NCBI GenBank assembly: GCA_020060565.1
Contig: JAGVAE010000002.1
Span: forward strand, 179,255-243,254
DNA length: 64,000 nt
DNA from: Candidatus Woesebacteria bacterium
Lineage (GTDB): Bacteria > Patescibacteriota > Microgenomatia > UBA8517
Direction: 5' to 3'
The notes beneath the pieces were generated by a model. The model was not told the DNA's origin and made no database searches. It saw only the letters and a program-made list of their open reading frames with translations. The position numbers and the translations under genes are program-made. Position 1 is the first letter of the stretch; every line of letters starts with the position of its first letter. Positions 7,771-17,655 of this stretch are shown piece by piece.

Positions 7771-9431
7771 TGAAAAATTCAAATGGTTTAAAGTTTATAG
7801 CACTTTCAGGAACGATTGATGTTACTGAAAATCTTTATGTCTACGAATATGGAAATGACATGATGATTGTTGATTGTGGTGTTGGGTTTCCCGATCTAGA
7901 AATGCCAGGAGTTGAATTGGTTCTACCGGACTTTTCCTACATTGTAAAAAATAAAAATAAATTAAGGGGAATTGTAGTTTCTCAGGGACACGATGATCAT
8001 GTTGGAGCCCTCCCTTTTCTTTTAAAAGAACTAAATGCTCCTATTTGGTGTACTCCTCTTGTTACAGAGTTTTTAAAAGTTAAATTTAAAGATTATAAAG
8101 TCACAAACTATAAACTAAACACATTTAATCCAGACCGTGATGTTTTTAGTGTTGGACCCTTTAATATTATTTCATTCCGTGTGACCCATTCAGTTCCTGA
8201 TACTGTGGGTTTTGCTATTGATACTCCTGAGGGAAGAGTTTTCCATGTAGCAGAACACAAGATGGACCAGACATCCGCTGATAATATGAATTTTGACATT
8301 GTCAAAGCCAAGAAATTAGCCGATGAAAAACCAGTTTTATGTCTAATGTCCGACTGCTTAGGATCAAACTCTCCAGGATTTACTCCAAGTGGACAATCAA
8401 TCGAAAACAATCTTTTTAATATTGCCAAAGATGCCTCTCAGGCAATTTATATGACTGCAATCTCCTCAAGTATCGGCAGATTTCAGCAAATGATTCGTGT
8501 AGCACAAAAGATAAATAGGAAAGTTGTACTTGTGGGGCGTTCTGTTCAAAGTAAAATTGAAATTGCCCATGACTTGGGTTATTTAAACTATCCCAATGAT
8601 CTAATAATAGATCTAAAAGAGTCACTTAATTATAATCCCAGAAAACTTGTTTATATTATTGCTGGTTGTTATGGCCAGATCGGAAGCTCTGTTTATAGAC
8701 TCGCTCTTGAGGAGCACGAGAGAGTTAAAATAAACAAAGGTGATACTTTCATATTCTCTGCAGATCCCGGCCCCGCCTACTCAAAAGAGAGTGAAGATTT
8801 TATAGTTGATAAACTGGTCGATCTTGGTGTGGATGTTCACTATTACGATTTAGGGGAAGGACTTCATGTTTCAGGACATGGTGGTCAGGAAGATATTAAG
8901 GAACTGTTTAAGATTGTAAAACCAAAATATTACATTCCTACAGGGGGAACTATTAGATATATGAAGTCGTATGAGAAATTAGCAGTTTCGGTTGGAGCAA
9001 AAGAGGAAGATGTATTTAGACTTAAACCTGGGGAAAGTGTGATTTTTGAGGATGGACAAGCAAGGCGTGGAGAAACTATTAAGACAAAAGAGGTATTGGT
9101 TCATGGATTGGGAATTGGTGATATTGGTAAGGTTGTTCTAACGGATAGAACTGCATTGGGCAAGGAAGGAGTTGTTGTTGCTGTAGTTAAAACAAACAAA
9201 CAGGGAAAAATTGTGGCAAGGCCAGAATTAACTAGTCGTGGATTTGTTTTTGAACCAGGGTATGGTGGAGTGCTTGATGAAGCCGCAATTGGTTTAGATA
9301 AAACTCTCCAAAGTAAAAAATTACAAAATAATTCTTCTATAAAAAATCTTACAAATCAATTTTTGGAAAAGTATTTCTATGACAAAACTCGCCGCCACCC
9401 CATGATTCTCCCAGTGGTTGTTGAGGTTTAA
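7770..9431 (+). CDS. rnj: Ribonuclease J (metallo-beta-lactamase/beta-CASP)
   Basis: The N-terminus is LKFIALSGTIDVTENLYVYEYGNDMMIVDCGVGFPD, followed by GHDDHVGALP (a variant HxHxDH), a beta-CASP region and a C-terminal domain; 553 aa in total. Confidence 0.85.
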   Translation: MKNSNGLKFIALSGTIDVTENLYVYEYGNDMMIVDCGVGFPDLEMPGVELVLPDFSYIVKNKNKLRGIVVSQGHDDHVGALPFLLKELNAPIWCTPLVTEFLKVKFKDYKVTNYKLNTFNPDRDVFSVGPFNIISFRVTHSVPDTVGFAIDTPEGRVFHVAEHKMDQTSADNMNFDIVKAKKLADEKPVLCLMSDCLGSNSPGFTPSGQSIENNLFNIAKDASQAIYMTAISSSIGRFQQMIRVAQKINRKVVLVGRSVQSKIEIAHDLGYLNYPNDLIIDLKESLNYNPRKLVYIIAGCYGQIGSSVYRLALEEHERVKINKGDTFIFSADPGPAYSKESEDFIVDKLVDLGVDVHYYDLGEGLHVSGHGGQEDIKELFKIVKPKYYIPTGGTIRYMKSYEKLAVSVGAKEEDVFRLKPGESVIFEDGQARRGETIKTKEVLVHGLGIGDIGKVVLTDRTALGKEGVVVAVVKTNKQGKIVARPELTSRGFVFEPGYGGVLDEAAIGLDKTLQSKKLQNNSSIKNLTNQFLEKYFYDKTRRHPMILPVVVEV

Positions 9432-9946
9432 CCTCTATTTACTGTTCTTCCTGGATAATCTATTAGAGATTTGTAAACAATTAGTGCTGTTTTTCCAACC
9501 TTATTAGCTTCTTCTAGACTAACAGATTCCCTCATTCTCGCTGTCACATATGTTGCCAATTCGGGATGTTTGTCCATATCACTTTGTATTTCTTGATATA
9601 TTTTGTTTGGGTCCTTTTGGCTAGAATGGTATTCATCTTCTGTTATATCGATCCAGGTTGATAAATTTACATCTTCATCGAATTCCTCAGTACTATCATT
9701 ATCAACGGGAAGAGAACTTACTATTTTGTAGACCACTAAAGAAGTCTCTCCAATTAGTGCCCTTTCTGAAGTGGTAAGGGCGGAATTCATTTTATCTGTG
9801 ACGTATAGTCCTAATTCAGGATGATCACACATACCATCTATCACTATTTGATTAATGTTGTTGGCAAAACCCGATTCTATGTTTTTAATCAAACCACTGA
9901 ATTGAAAGACCTCCCCCTTTTCTTGAGTGTCCATATTTATAAACAA
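9428..9946 (-). CDS. Hypothetical acidic protein with an internal two-fold repeat
   Basis: 172 aa. The two halves share DHPELGLYVTDKMNSALTTSERALIGETSLVVYKIV and KHPELATYVTARMRESVSLEEANKVGKTALIVYKSL. It is convergent with rnj. Confidence 0.55.
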   Translation of the reverse strand: MFINMDTQEKGEVFQFSGLIKNIESGFANNINQIVIDGMCDHPELGLYVTDKMNSALTTSERALIGETSLVVYKIVSSLPVDNDSTEEFDEDVNLSTWIDITEDEYHSSQKDPNKIYQEIQSDMDKHPELATYVTARMRESVSLEEANKVGKTALIVYKSLIDYPGRTVNRG

Positions 9947-10016
9947 TTATACTCCAAAGTTATTCTTAAGAAAAAGGCTGTTCACTATTAACTAAGTTCT
10001 ATATAATGTATTTGTC

Positions 10017-12131
10017 ATGGGGAAAATAAAGAAACGTCAAAGATTTACCAAGCGTGGGTTTAGGCTCAAACTCAAAAAAGAGACAACTTTTTCAATCGCG
10101 CAAGTTTTATTCTTTGCTGTTGCTGGACTTATTTTAATATCATTCTCCCGTCAGGGAGCAATCCTTCTTAAGTTTAATGATCTTTTAGTTACTTATTTTT
10201 CTTGGTCTTCCATCTTTTTACCATTCATCTTTTTATCTTTTGCATTTTTAATGACTAAAGTTAAGTTTCCCTTGGGACAGCCCAATGTAATTGTTGGAGG
10301 ACTTCTTTTCTTTGTTTCTATAATGACTTTAGGGAAGGCTGGAGTGATAGGAATTAGCGCTTGGGAAGGAATGGCGGCACTTGTAACTAAAGTCGGGGCA
10401 GCAATAATTTTAGTTGGAACAAGTTTTGTGGGGCTTATAGTCCTATTTAATACCTCAATCGACGCAGTTATTAAGATTGCTAAAAACTGGTGGGGAATAA
10501 TCAGTGGCTATATTTTCGGAACAGGAACTCCTTCCAAAGGACAGTTTAAACTTTCTGGACAAAGTACTATAAAAACCGCATTGAATGTTAATGCTCCAAG
10601 ACCCATTGGTTCTACTACTCAACCTGTTGCAAAAGAGCCACTTGAACAAAAACTAGTGAGCAATATCCCAGGTCAGGATTTGATTTGGAAATATCCAAGT
10701 CTTGATCTTTTAGGGGAGGCTGAAATGGGCAAGGCTGAGCGGGGAGATATTAGAGGTAATGCTGCAACTATTGAAAAAACTCTTGAATCTTTTGGAATTG
10801 ATGCCAAGGTGGTTGAGGTTAATTTGGGCCCTGCCGTTACCCAATATGCACTGGAAGTTGCATTGGGAACAAAACTAAGTAAAATCACAAGTTTGGAACG
10901 GGACTTAGCACTAGCTCTTGCTGCCCCCAATGGAACCATTAGAATTGAGGCCCCAATCCCTGGTAGAAGTTTAGTTGGAATAGAGCTTCCCAATCGTGCT
11001 GCTGAATTTGTTTCTCTTAGGAAAATGCTTGAGTCTGATGAAATGGCTTCACATAAATCAAAACTAGCGGTTTCTTTGGGACTTGATGTTTCAGGTAAGC
11101 CCATTATTGCTGATATTGCCAGAATGCCCCACGTACTTATTGCAGGACAAACTGGAAGTGGAAAATCAGTTTGTATAAATGCATTCTTAGCATCACTTCT
11201 TTTTAGAGCTGCACCTACCGAAGTTAAACTCATTTTAGTCGATCCCAAGAGGGTTGAGCTAACTGGATATAATGGAATTCCACATTTACTTTCCCCTGTT
11301 ATAGTTGAACCAGATAAAGTTATTTCCGCTTTAAGATGGATTATGGCTGAGATGGATAGACGCTATAAATTGTTTGCAGAAGCTGGGGCAAGAAACATTG
11401 ATGGATATAACGAAATGAGTGGATTTCAAGCCCTTCCTTATATAGTTCTTTTCATTGATGAACTTGCAGATATTATGCTTTTCTCTCCTGTTGAAGTTGA
11501 AGATGCAATCACTCGTATTGCACAAATGAGTAGAGCCACTGGAATTCATATGGTTCTTGCCACTCAGCGTCCTTCAGTTGATGTTATCACAGGGTTAATC
11601 AAGGCCAACGTTCCATCACGTATTGCTTTTGCTGTTGCCTCTCAAGTTGATTCCCGTGTTATTCTCGATACCCAAGGGGCAGAAAAATTATTAGGTAAAG
11701 GAGACATGTTATATCTTCCCCCAGAACAGGCTAAACCTATGAGAATTCAGGGAGCTTTTGTAAACGATAAAGAAATAAACACTTTAGTTTCATTTATCAA
11801 AAATCAGGGCATTCCAACACAATATACAGACGAAGTTACAACCATGTCCAAAGCTGGGACAGTAACAATTGCTGGAGTAAGTGGAGAAATTGACGATTTA
11901 TTTAAAGAAGCTATAAAGGTTGTTTGCCAATATGACAAAGCATCTTCATCTCTTCTTCAAAGGAGGCTTTCAATAGGTTATGCCAGAGCGGCTAGAATTA
12001 TGGATCAACTAGAAGCTTCAGGAGTAGTTTCTCCAAGTGAAGGTGGAAGTAAAGCTCGTGAGGTCTTGGTACAAAATGCAGAAGAGTTTTTAGCTTCTTT
12101 CGGAAATGAAAACAATAGGCCAAATTCTTAA
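10017..12131 (+). CDS. ftsK: DNA translocase FtsK/SpoIIIE
   Basis: The N-terminus is polytopic. The motor domain has Walker A GQTGSGKS; LILVDPKRVEL is also present. The C-terminal gamma/wHTH is LLQRRLSIGYARAARIMDQLEASGVV. Confidence 0.9.
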   Translation: MGKIKKRQRFTKRGFRLKLKKETTFSIAQVLFFAVAGLILISFSRQGAILLKFNDLLVTYFSWSSIFLPFIFLSFAFLMTKVKFPLGQPNVIVGGLLFFVSIMTLGKAGVIGISAWEGMAALVTKVGAAIILVGTSFVGLIVLFNTSIDAVIKIAKNWWGIISGYIFGTGTPSKGQFKLSGQSTIKTALNVNAPRPIGSTTQPVAKEPLEQKLVSNIPGQDLIWKYPSLDLLGEAEMGKAERGDIRGNAATIEKTLESFGIDAKVVEVNLGPAVTQYALEVALGTKLSKITSLERDLALALAAPNGTIRIEAPIPGRSLVGIELPNRAAEFVSLRKMLESDEMASHKSKLAVSLGLDVSGKPIIADIARMPHVLIAGQTGSGKSVCINAFLASLLFRAAPTEVKLILVDPKRVELTGYNGIPHLLSPVIVEPDKVISALRWIMAEMDRRYKLFAEAGARNIDGYNEMSGFQALPYIVLFIDELADIMLFSPVEVEDAITRIAQMSRATGIHMVLATQRPSVDVITGLIKANVPSRIAFAVASQVDSRVILDTQGAEKLLGKGDMLYLPPEQAKPMRIQGAFVNDKEINTLVSFIKNQGIPTQYTDEVTTMSKAGTVTIAGVSGEIDDLFKEAIKVVCQYDKASSSLLQRRLSIGYARAARIMDQLEASGVVSPSEGGSKAREVLVQNAEEFLASFGNENNRPNS

Positions 12132-12729
12132 AGACTCCCGCATTGCAAAAAGTTATTCCTTAAAACACCTAGAAGGAGTGACAAAAATAAAATCCGGGTT
12201 TATTGATGCTATTGAAAAAGAAAATTGGGAAGATCTTCCTCCATTTCCCACAGTTTTGGGGTTTGTAAAAAGTTTGGCGGGTTCAATGGGTGTTGACACA
12301 AAAATGGCTGTGGCAGTTCTTAAACGTGATTATCCACCCCAAAAACTTAGAATTATTCCCAAACCAGATGTAATTAAAAAAATTGTTTGGAGCCCTAAAC
12401 TTACTTTTACTTTAGGAGTTTCTGCAATTTTGATTATTCTTTTTGGCTATCTAATCACCCAATATGTTCATTTTATTTCTCCGCCAGTCCTTAATGTTGC
12501 TAGTCCCAAGGAAAACCAAATTGTAAAAGGTAATAGTGTTGTTGTTTTTGGTTCAACTGAAACCGATGCTAAACTTACTGTTAATAATCAACCTGTTATG
12601 GTTGCACCTGATGGAAAATTCTCAATAAGTTTAGATATTGCAAAAGATACTAAAGAAATAATAATTGCATCATCATCACGCTCTGGTAAAACTACCACTG
12701 TATCGCGTAGAATACAATTGGAACAATAA
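12106..12729 (+). CDS. RodZ-like HTH membrane protein
   Basis: An N-terminal XRE-type HTH (IGQILKDSRIAKSYSLKHLEGVTKIKSGFIDAIEKENWEDLP…VLGFVKSLAGSMGVD), one TM segment and an extracytoplasmic beta-rich C-terminus. It overlaps the ftsK 3' end by 26 nt. Confidence 0.6.
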   Translation: MKTIGQILKDSRIAKSYSLKHLEGVTKIKSGFIDAIEKENWEDLPPFPTVLGFVKSLAGSMGVDTKMAVAVLKRDYPPQKLRIIPKPDVIKKIVWSPKLTFTLGVSAILIILFGYLITQYVHFISPPVLNVASPKENQIVKGNSVVVFGSTETDAKLTVNNQPVMVAPDGKFSISLDIAKDTKEIIIASSSRSGKTTTVSRRIQLEQ

Positions 12730-12962
12730 TGGACAACATACAAACACTTTTGGTGATAGTTGTAATAAGTTTAACAATTCTTCTTGTAATTGTTGGCTTT
12801 CAGGTAATGCTAATTATTATTGATTTGAGGCGTGCAATAAAAAGATTAAATTCGATACTGGAAGATTCAATATTGGGTGGAGGATTAATTCGTCCAGAGA
12901 AATTAACTTCAGTTATGGAAATTTTGGGAAAGAATAAAAAACTAGAAACCCACGGTGGCTAG
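12729..12962 (+). CDS. Small membrane protein (hypothetical)
   Basis: 77 aa with one hydrophobic helix (LLVIVVISLTILLVIVGFQVMLIIIDL); start/stop overlap ATGA with the upstream gene. Confidence 0.4.
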   Translation: MDNIQTLLVIVVISLTILLVIVGFQVMLIIIDLRRAIKRLNSILEDSILGGGLIRPEKLTSVMEILGKNKKLETHGG

Positions 12963-12980
12963 ACATGCTATACTTTAGCC

Positions 12981-14783
12981 ATGACTACAAAGGAGATTAG
13001 GGAAAAATATATTGAATTCTTCGTTAGTAGAGGACACAAGGAAATAACACCTTCCCCTTTGGTTTTGGAAAATGATCCTACAACACTTTTTACCTCTTCT
13101 GGAATGCAACAAATGGTCCCTTATTTTAAAGGTGAAAAACACCCAATGGGAGAAAAACTTGTTGACTCTCAACTTTCAGTAAGAATGCAAGATCTTGATG
13201 AAGTTGCTGATAATAGACATTTAAGTTCTTTTGAGATGCTTGGTAATTGGGGTTTGGGAAGTTATTTTAAAAAAGATCAACTAAACTGGATTTGGGAATT
13301 TTTTATTGAAGAAATTGGTTTTGATTCAGAGAGACTGCATGTATCACTTTTTGAAGGTAACAAAGATGTTCCCAAGGATACTGAATCTTATAAAATTTGG
13401 AGAAAAATAGGTCTTCCTGAAAATCATATACATTTTTATGATGTTAACAAAAATTGGTGGGCAAGAAACGGTGCAGTTCCATCTAATATGCCGACTGGGG
13501 AAATTGGTGGACCAGATAGCGAAATTTTTTATGAATTTGATTTTATCGAACATCGCCCCGAATTTGGTTCTTTTTGCCACCCAAACTGCGATTGCGGCAA
13601 ATTTTTGGAAATTGGAAACAGTGTTTTTATGGAATATGTAAAAAACGAAGACGGATCTTTAAGTGAATTGCCACAAAAGAACGTAGATTTTGGGGGAGGT
13701 CTAGAGAGAATTGCTGCTGCTAAAAATGACAACCCTGATGTTTTTAAAATTGATATGTTTTCTGGGATTATTAAAAGAATTGAAGAGGAAATTGGTATTA
13801 ATTACAATTCAGATCCCAAAAAAGATAGAGATTTTCGAATTATTACTGACCATCTTAGAACGTCATGTAACCTTCTTGCGGAAGGGGTAATCCCAGGAAA
13901 TAAACTTCACGGATATGCATTAAGGCGTTTAATAAGACGTGCAATGTTTCACTGTCATCTGTTGGGTTCTGGTATATCTGGTTCAGGGATATCTCACATA
14001 GCCGAAGATTTGCGTAATCACTATCCCAATGTTGATAAAAACTGGGATTTTGTTGAAGAAAATTTAAATACAGAAGCCGTAAGATTCGAATCCGCTCTAA
14101 AACGCGGTTTGGCTAATTTGACGAAAGCTGTTTCGGATGGAGTAGAAATTGACGGAAAGTTTGCGTTTGATCTTTATCAAAATGACGGATTTCCACTTGA
14201 GTTAACTCTTGAAATTCTATCCCAAAACGGTATGAATTTTACGCAAGACGAAAAGAATGCTTTTGAAGCGGAGTTTGAAAAACATAGAGAAAATTCCAGA
14301 GTTACATCAGCTGGAATTTTTAAAGGAGGTTTGGAGAATAAATCAGATGAAACTATTACAAAACTTCATACGACTACCCACCTACTTCACGCTGCACTTC
14401 GTCAGATTTTGGGAGAACATATTTCTCAAAAGGGAAGCCATATTACAGCAGAAAGACTAAGATTTGATTTTGGACATCCAGGAAAACTAACAGATGAAGA
14501 AATCAAAAATGTTGAGGATCTGATGAACTTACAAATAGAAAAGAAACTGCCTGTCACTTTCAAAACCGAAAGTTTAGACGCAGCCATTGCCAAAGGGGCC
14601 CTCCACTTCTTCGCAGACAAATATGGAAACGAAGTAAAAGTGTACAGTATTGGCAATTTTTCAAAAGAAGTTTGTGGAGGACCACACGTTGAAAACACTA
14701 AGGAGATTGAGCATGTTAGAATAATTAAGCAGGAAAAAATTGGATCCGGAGTTATCCGAATCTATGCTGGTATTGAAAAATGA
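12981..14783 (+). CDS. alaS: Alanine--tRNA ligase, short form (catalytic, tRNA-recognition and editing domains; no C-Ala domain)
   Basis: IREKYIEFFVSRGHKEITPSPLVLENDPTTLFTSSGMQQMVPYF; GGPDSEIFYEF…CHPNCDCGKFLEIGNSVFMEY; and the editing-domain HTTTHLLHAALRQILGEHISQKGSHITAERLRFDF. Only 600 aa. Confidence 0.9.
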   Translation: MTTKEIREKYIEFFVSRGHKEITPSPLVLENDPTTLFTSSGMQQMVPYFKGEKHPMGEKLVDSQLSVRMQDLDEVADNRHLSSFEMLGNWGLGSYFKKDQLNWIWEFFIEEIGFDSERLHVSLFEGNKDVPKDTESYKIWRKIGLPENHIHFYDVNKNWWARNGAVPSNMPTGEIGGPDSEIFYEFDFIEHRPEFGSFCHPNCDCGKFLEIGNSVFMEYVKNEDGSLSELPQKNVDFGGGLERIAAAKNDNPDVFKIDMFSGIIKRIEEEIGINYNSDPKKDRDFRIITDHLRTSCNLLAEGVIPGNKLHGYALRRLIRRAMFHCHLLGSGISGSGISHIAEDLRNHYPNVDKNWDFVEENLNTEAVRFESALKRGLANLTKAVSDGVEIDGKFAFDLYQNDGFPLELTLEILSQNGMNFTQDEKNAFEAEFEKHRENSRVTSAGIFKGGLENKSDETITKLHTTTHLLHAALRQILGEHISQKGSHITAERLRFDFGHPGKLTDEEIKNVEDLMNLQIEKKLPVTFKTESLDAAIAKGALHFFADKYGNEVKVYSIGNFSKEVCGGPHVENTKEIEHVRIIKQEKIGSGVIRIYAGIEK

Positions 14784-16984
14784 ACCTCAAAGATTTTTTG
14801 ACAAGTCGCGAGTCGCCACCAGAACTTTACTGGTCACTTGTTGTTGAAAAAGGTTGGGTACAGGCGGGTATTTGGTATATAAATGAGTCTTCTGCGGAAG
14901 TAATTAACATTAGCCCCAGCGCTGCTTGGGAAGTTGAGGGAGAGTTAATTGGAGCCTGTGATGCGGTACTTTCTTCTTGTGTAAGTAAACTTCCAGAAAA
15001 CTATACTGAGCCAAGTAAAACTGTTTTTGGAGTTAGTTCTTCTTGGGTGAAAGAAGGAGAAATAACCGATGAATATTTGGCAATGATTAAGACGGTCTGT
15101 ACTGATTTATCTCTAACTCCTGTAGGTTTTGTAGTTTTACCAGAGGCAATTGCTCATTTATATAAGTCGGAAGAAGGGTCTCCCTTGAGTGCGGTTGTTA
15201 TTGGATTGAGTCCTGAAGAACTGGAAATATCGGTTTTTAATTTGGGTAATCTTATTGGTACCACATCTGTTGCCAGAAGTGTTTCGATTATTGAAGATGT
15301 TACAGAAGGGTTATCTCGTTTTGAAGGAGCCTCTCCGCTTCCCTCTCGAATGATTGTTTTTGATGGTAAGGAAGGAGAGTTGGAGGAAGCGAAAGAAGAA
15401 TTAATGAAAGCCACGTGGGAAGGAAATGAAAAAATGAAATTTTTACATACCCCTAAAGCCGAGACACTTGAAAGCAGTAAAAAAGTTTTGGCTACTTGTT
15501 TAGCTGGGGCAGCTGAGATTGGAAATGTAACAGAGGTCTTTTCTAAAGAAGAACCAATAGGGGAAGAAACATATCCACCTGAGGCTGAAATTAAAAACGT
15601 GGTAGAACCCGATGAAGAAACAAGTGCAGAGAAGCTTGGATTTTCAATTAATGAAGATGTCACAAGTAATCAAAGTCCAGTTTCTGGGCATATATCATTA
15701 AACTCACCCATCACACCACCAGTTTTACCGATAGCCCAACCCCAGCAAAAAGTAAACCCCCAACATCAAAAATTTGGTGTGGGGGTAAAAAATTTATTCC
15801 ATACTTTTTCGTCGAAGTTCAAAATTGGCGGTCCAAAAATTTCTTCGCAGGGAAATAAAAAATCTTTGAAGTTAATTTTAATAATTGCAGTTGTTTTAAT
15901 TGTTGGGATTGGAGCTTATTCGTGGTTTGTTCCTAAAGCAACAATAACAATCTTTGTTGCACCGAAGCCATTTCAACAGCAGGTTAGTATTTCCTTTAAT
16001 ACGCAAGGCGTGTTTGATGAATCAAAAGCCATTCTCCCCGCACAAATTATTACTTCACAAGCATCGGGGGACAAGACAAAATCCACGACTGGTGCTAAGT
16101 TAGTTGGAGATAAAGCCACAGGAAGTGTTCAAATTGCCAATGGAAATACAAGCTCAATAAAATTAGCAACAGGAACAGTTTTAACATCAACTTCAGGACT
16201 TAAATTTATAACAAATTCTGAAGCTTCCATTTCTGGACAGTTATTACCTGGTTCCCCGGGAACTGCAACATTAGAAGTAACTGCAGGGGATATTGGTGCC
16301 CAGTACAATTTAGCAAAAGGAGAAGTGTTTAAAGTTGGAGTATTTGAAAAATCATTGGTTGCAGCAACTTCACAAACAGATTTTTCAGGAGGAAGTAGTC
16401 AACAAATTGCAGCCGTTTCTGAAGAAGATCAGGAAAATTTAGAGACTGATCTAAAATCTGAACTTTCCAGCAAGGTTATAAATGATTTGGAAAGTAAGGC
16501 AAGTGAAGATCAACTTTTTGTCGATGATTTAGCTGAATTTGAAACTACGTCGAAGAATTTTGACCACAAGGTCGGTGAAGTAGCCGAAACCCTAAAACTT
16601 ACATCGGAGATTAATGCTACTACAGTATTGGTTGATAGGGAAAAACTTCAAAACTATGTTGCAAACATTCTTAAAGATAAAATTCCACAAGGTCACGCAT
16701 TGCGCAATAACCAAATTAAATTCAAATTTACATTTATTAGTAAAGAAGGAGAAAATTATATTTACACAATCAATATAAGTGCTAATTTTTTACCCATGAC
16801 AAATTCTGAAGAGATTATTAGTAAAATATCGGGTAAAAGTGTTTCATCTGCTACTGAATTTTTATCTTCCGTACCTGGATATACTCGTGCTGAAATAGCA
16901 CTAAAGAATAAACTTCTTGGTCCATTCAAGACTCTGCCACACGTAAAAGATAATATTACAATAGAAATTGCGGCAGATCAGTGA
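14780..16984 (+). CDS. Membrane protein: a degenerate actin-like (FtsA/PilM-like) cytoplasmic domain, an acidic linker, one TM segment and a large beta-rich extracytoplasmic domain
   Basis: 734 aa. The N-terminal ~210 aa follow an ASKHA-fold pattern (…FGVSSSWV…LSLTPVGFVVLPEAIAHLY…AVVIGLSPEELEISVFNLGNLIGTTSV…). The TM segment is LKLILIIAVVLIVGIGAYSWFV. The ~350-aa ectodomain is rich in T/S/G beta-strand repeats. Confidence 0.55.
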   Translation: MNLKDFLTSRESPPELYWSLVVEKGWVQAGIWYINESSAEVINISPSAAWEVEGELIGACDAVLSSCVSKLPENYTEPSKTVFGVSSSWVKEGEITDEYLAMIKTVCTDLSLTPVGFVVLPEAIAHLYKSEEGSPLSAVVIGLSPEELEISVFNLGNLIGTTSVARSVSIIEDVTEGLSRFEGASPLPSRMIVFDGKEGELEEAKEELMKATWEGNEKMKFLHTPKAETLESSKKVLATCLAGAAEIGNVTEVFSKEEPIGEETYPPEAEIKNVVEPDEETSAEKLGFSINEDVTSNQSPVSGHISLNSPITPPVLPIAQPQQKVNPQHQKFGVGVKNLFHTFSSKFKIGGPKISSQGNKKSLKLILIIAVVLIVGIGAYSWFVPKATITIFVAPKPFQQQVSISFNTQGVFDESKAILPAQIITSQASGDKTKSTTGAKLVGDKATGSVQIANGNTSSIKLATGTVLTSTSGLKFITNSEASISGQLLPGSPGTATLEVTAGDIGAQYNLAKGEVFKVGVFEKSLVAATSQTDFSGGSSQQIAAVSEEDQENLETDLKSELSSKVINDLESKASEDQLFVDDLAEFETTSKNFDHKVGEVAETLKLTSEINATTVLVDREKLQNYVANILKDKIPQGHALRNNQIKFKFTFISKEGENYIYTINISANFLPMTNSEEIISKISGKSVSSATEFLSSVPGYTRAEIALKNKLLGPFKTLPHVKDNITIEIAADQ

Positions 16985-17655
16985 ATTTCACAATGAATCA
17001 AAAAAATATTTTACGTGTAGCAGCTTTAATTTCGGCAATTTCGGGAATTGTAATTTTGATCGGAGTAATCTATCCAATTGTTTCATACGATGAGACTTAT
17101 GGGAAAAATTTTTCAGAACTTGTTTCCCCCCTAAGTGAAAATCCAATAAATCAATCCGAAAATGACTTTACTAGAGCTAGTAATTGGTTTGTAGGCGGAG
17201 CAAAGTCGTCTGATTTTAATGCTGCAAAAGTTGAGCACTTTACAATCAGTATTCCTGCTTTAAAAATAGATCATGCAACAGTAACAATAGGAGGAGAAGA
17301 CTTAAATGAAAGCATTATTCAATATCCAGGAACAGCTCTTCCTGGTAGGCCAGGTAATACGGCAATTTTTGGACATTCAATTTTACCAATCTTCTATAAT
17401 CCCAAAAACTATATTTCCATTTTTTCACTTTTACCTACTCTTAAAAAAGATGATGAGGTTTTTATAGATTACGATGGTGTATCGTATAAATATAAAGTCG
17501 AAACCATGTTTGAAGTAATGCCAACAGATATACAAGTACTTGATCAGGATTATTCTGATTCTTTTGTGACTCTTGTAACTTGCGTACCACCAGGCCATCC
17601 CAACGATCCTAAACGTCTAATAGTTCGTGCTAGGATTGTTCCACCTACAAACTAA
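16981..17655 (+). CDS. Sortase family transpeptidase
   Basis: An N-terminal TM anchor; IFGHS (the catalytic His region); TLVTCVPPG (the TLxTC catalytic Cys motif); a conserved Arg in LIVRARI. Confidence 0.75.
   Translation: MNFTMNQKNILRVAALISAISGIVILIGVIYPIVSYDETYGKNFSELVSPLSENPINQSENDFTRASNWFVGGAKSSDFNAAKVEHFTISIPALKIDHATVTIGGEDLNESIIQYPGTALPGRPGNTAIFGHSILPIFYNPKNYISIFSLLPTLKKDDEVFIDYDGVSYKYKVETMFEVMPTDIQVLDQDYSDSFVTLVTCVPPGHPNDPKRLIVRARIVPPTN

Noticed and set aside
12975-13172. Minus-strand 65-aa ORF overlapping the alaS start.
   Set aside because: Antisense shadow of alaS, with a basic low-complexity translation.
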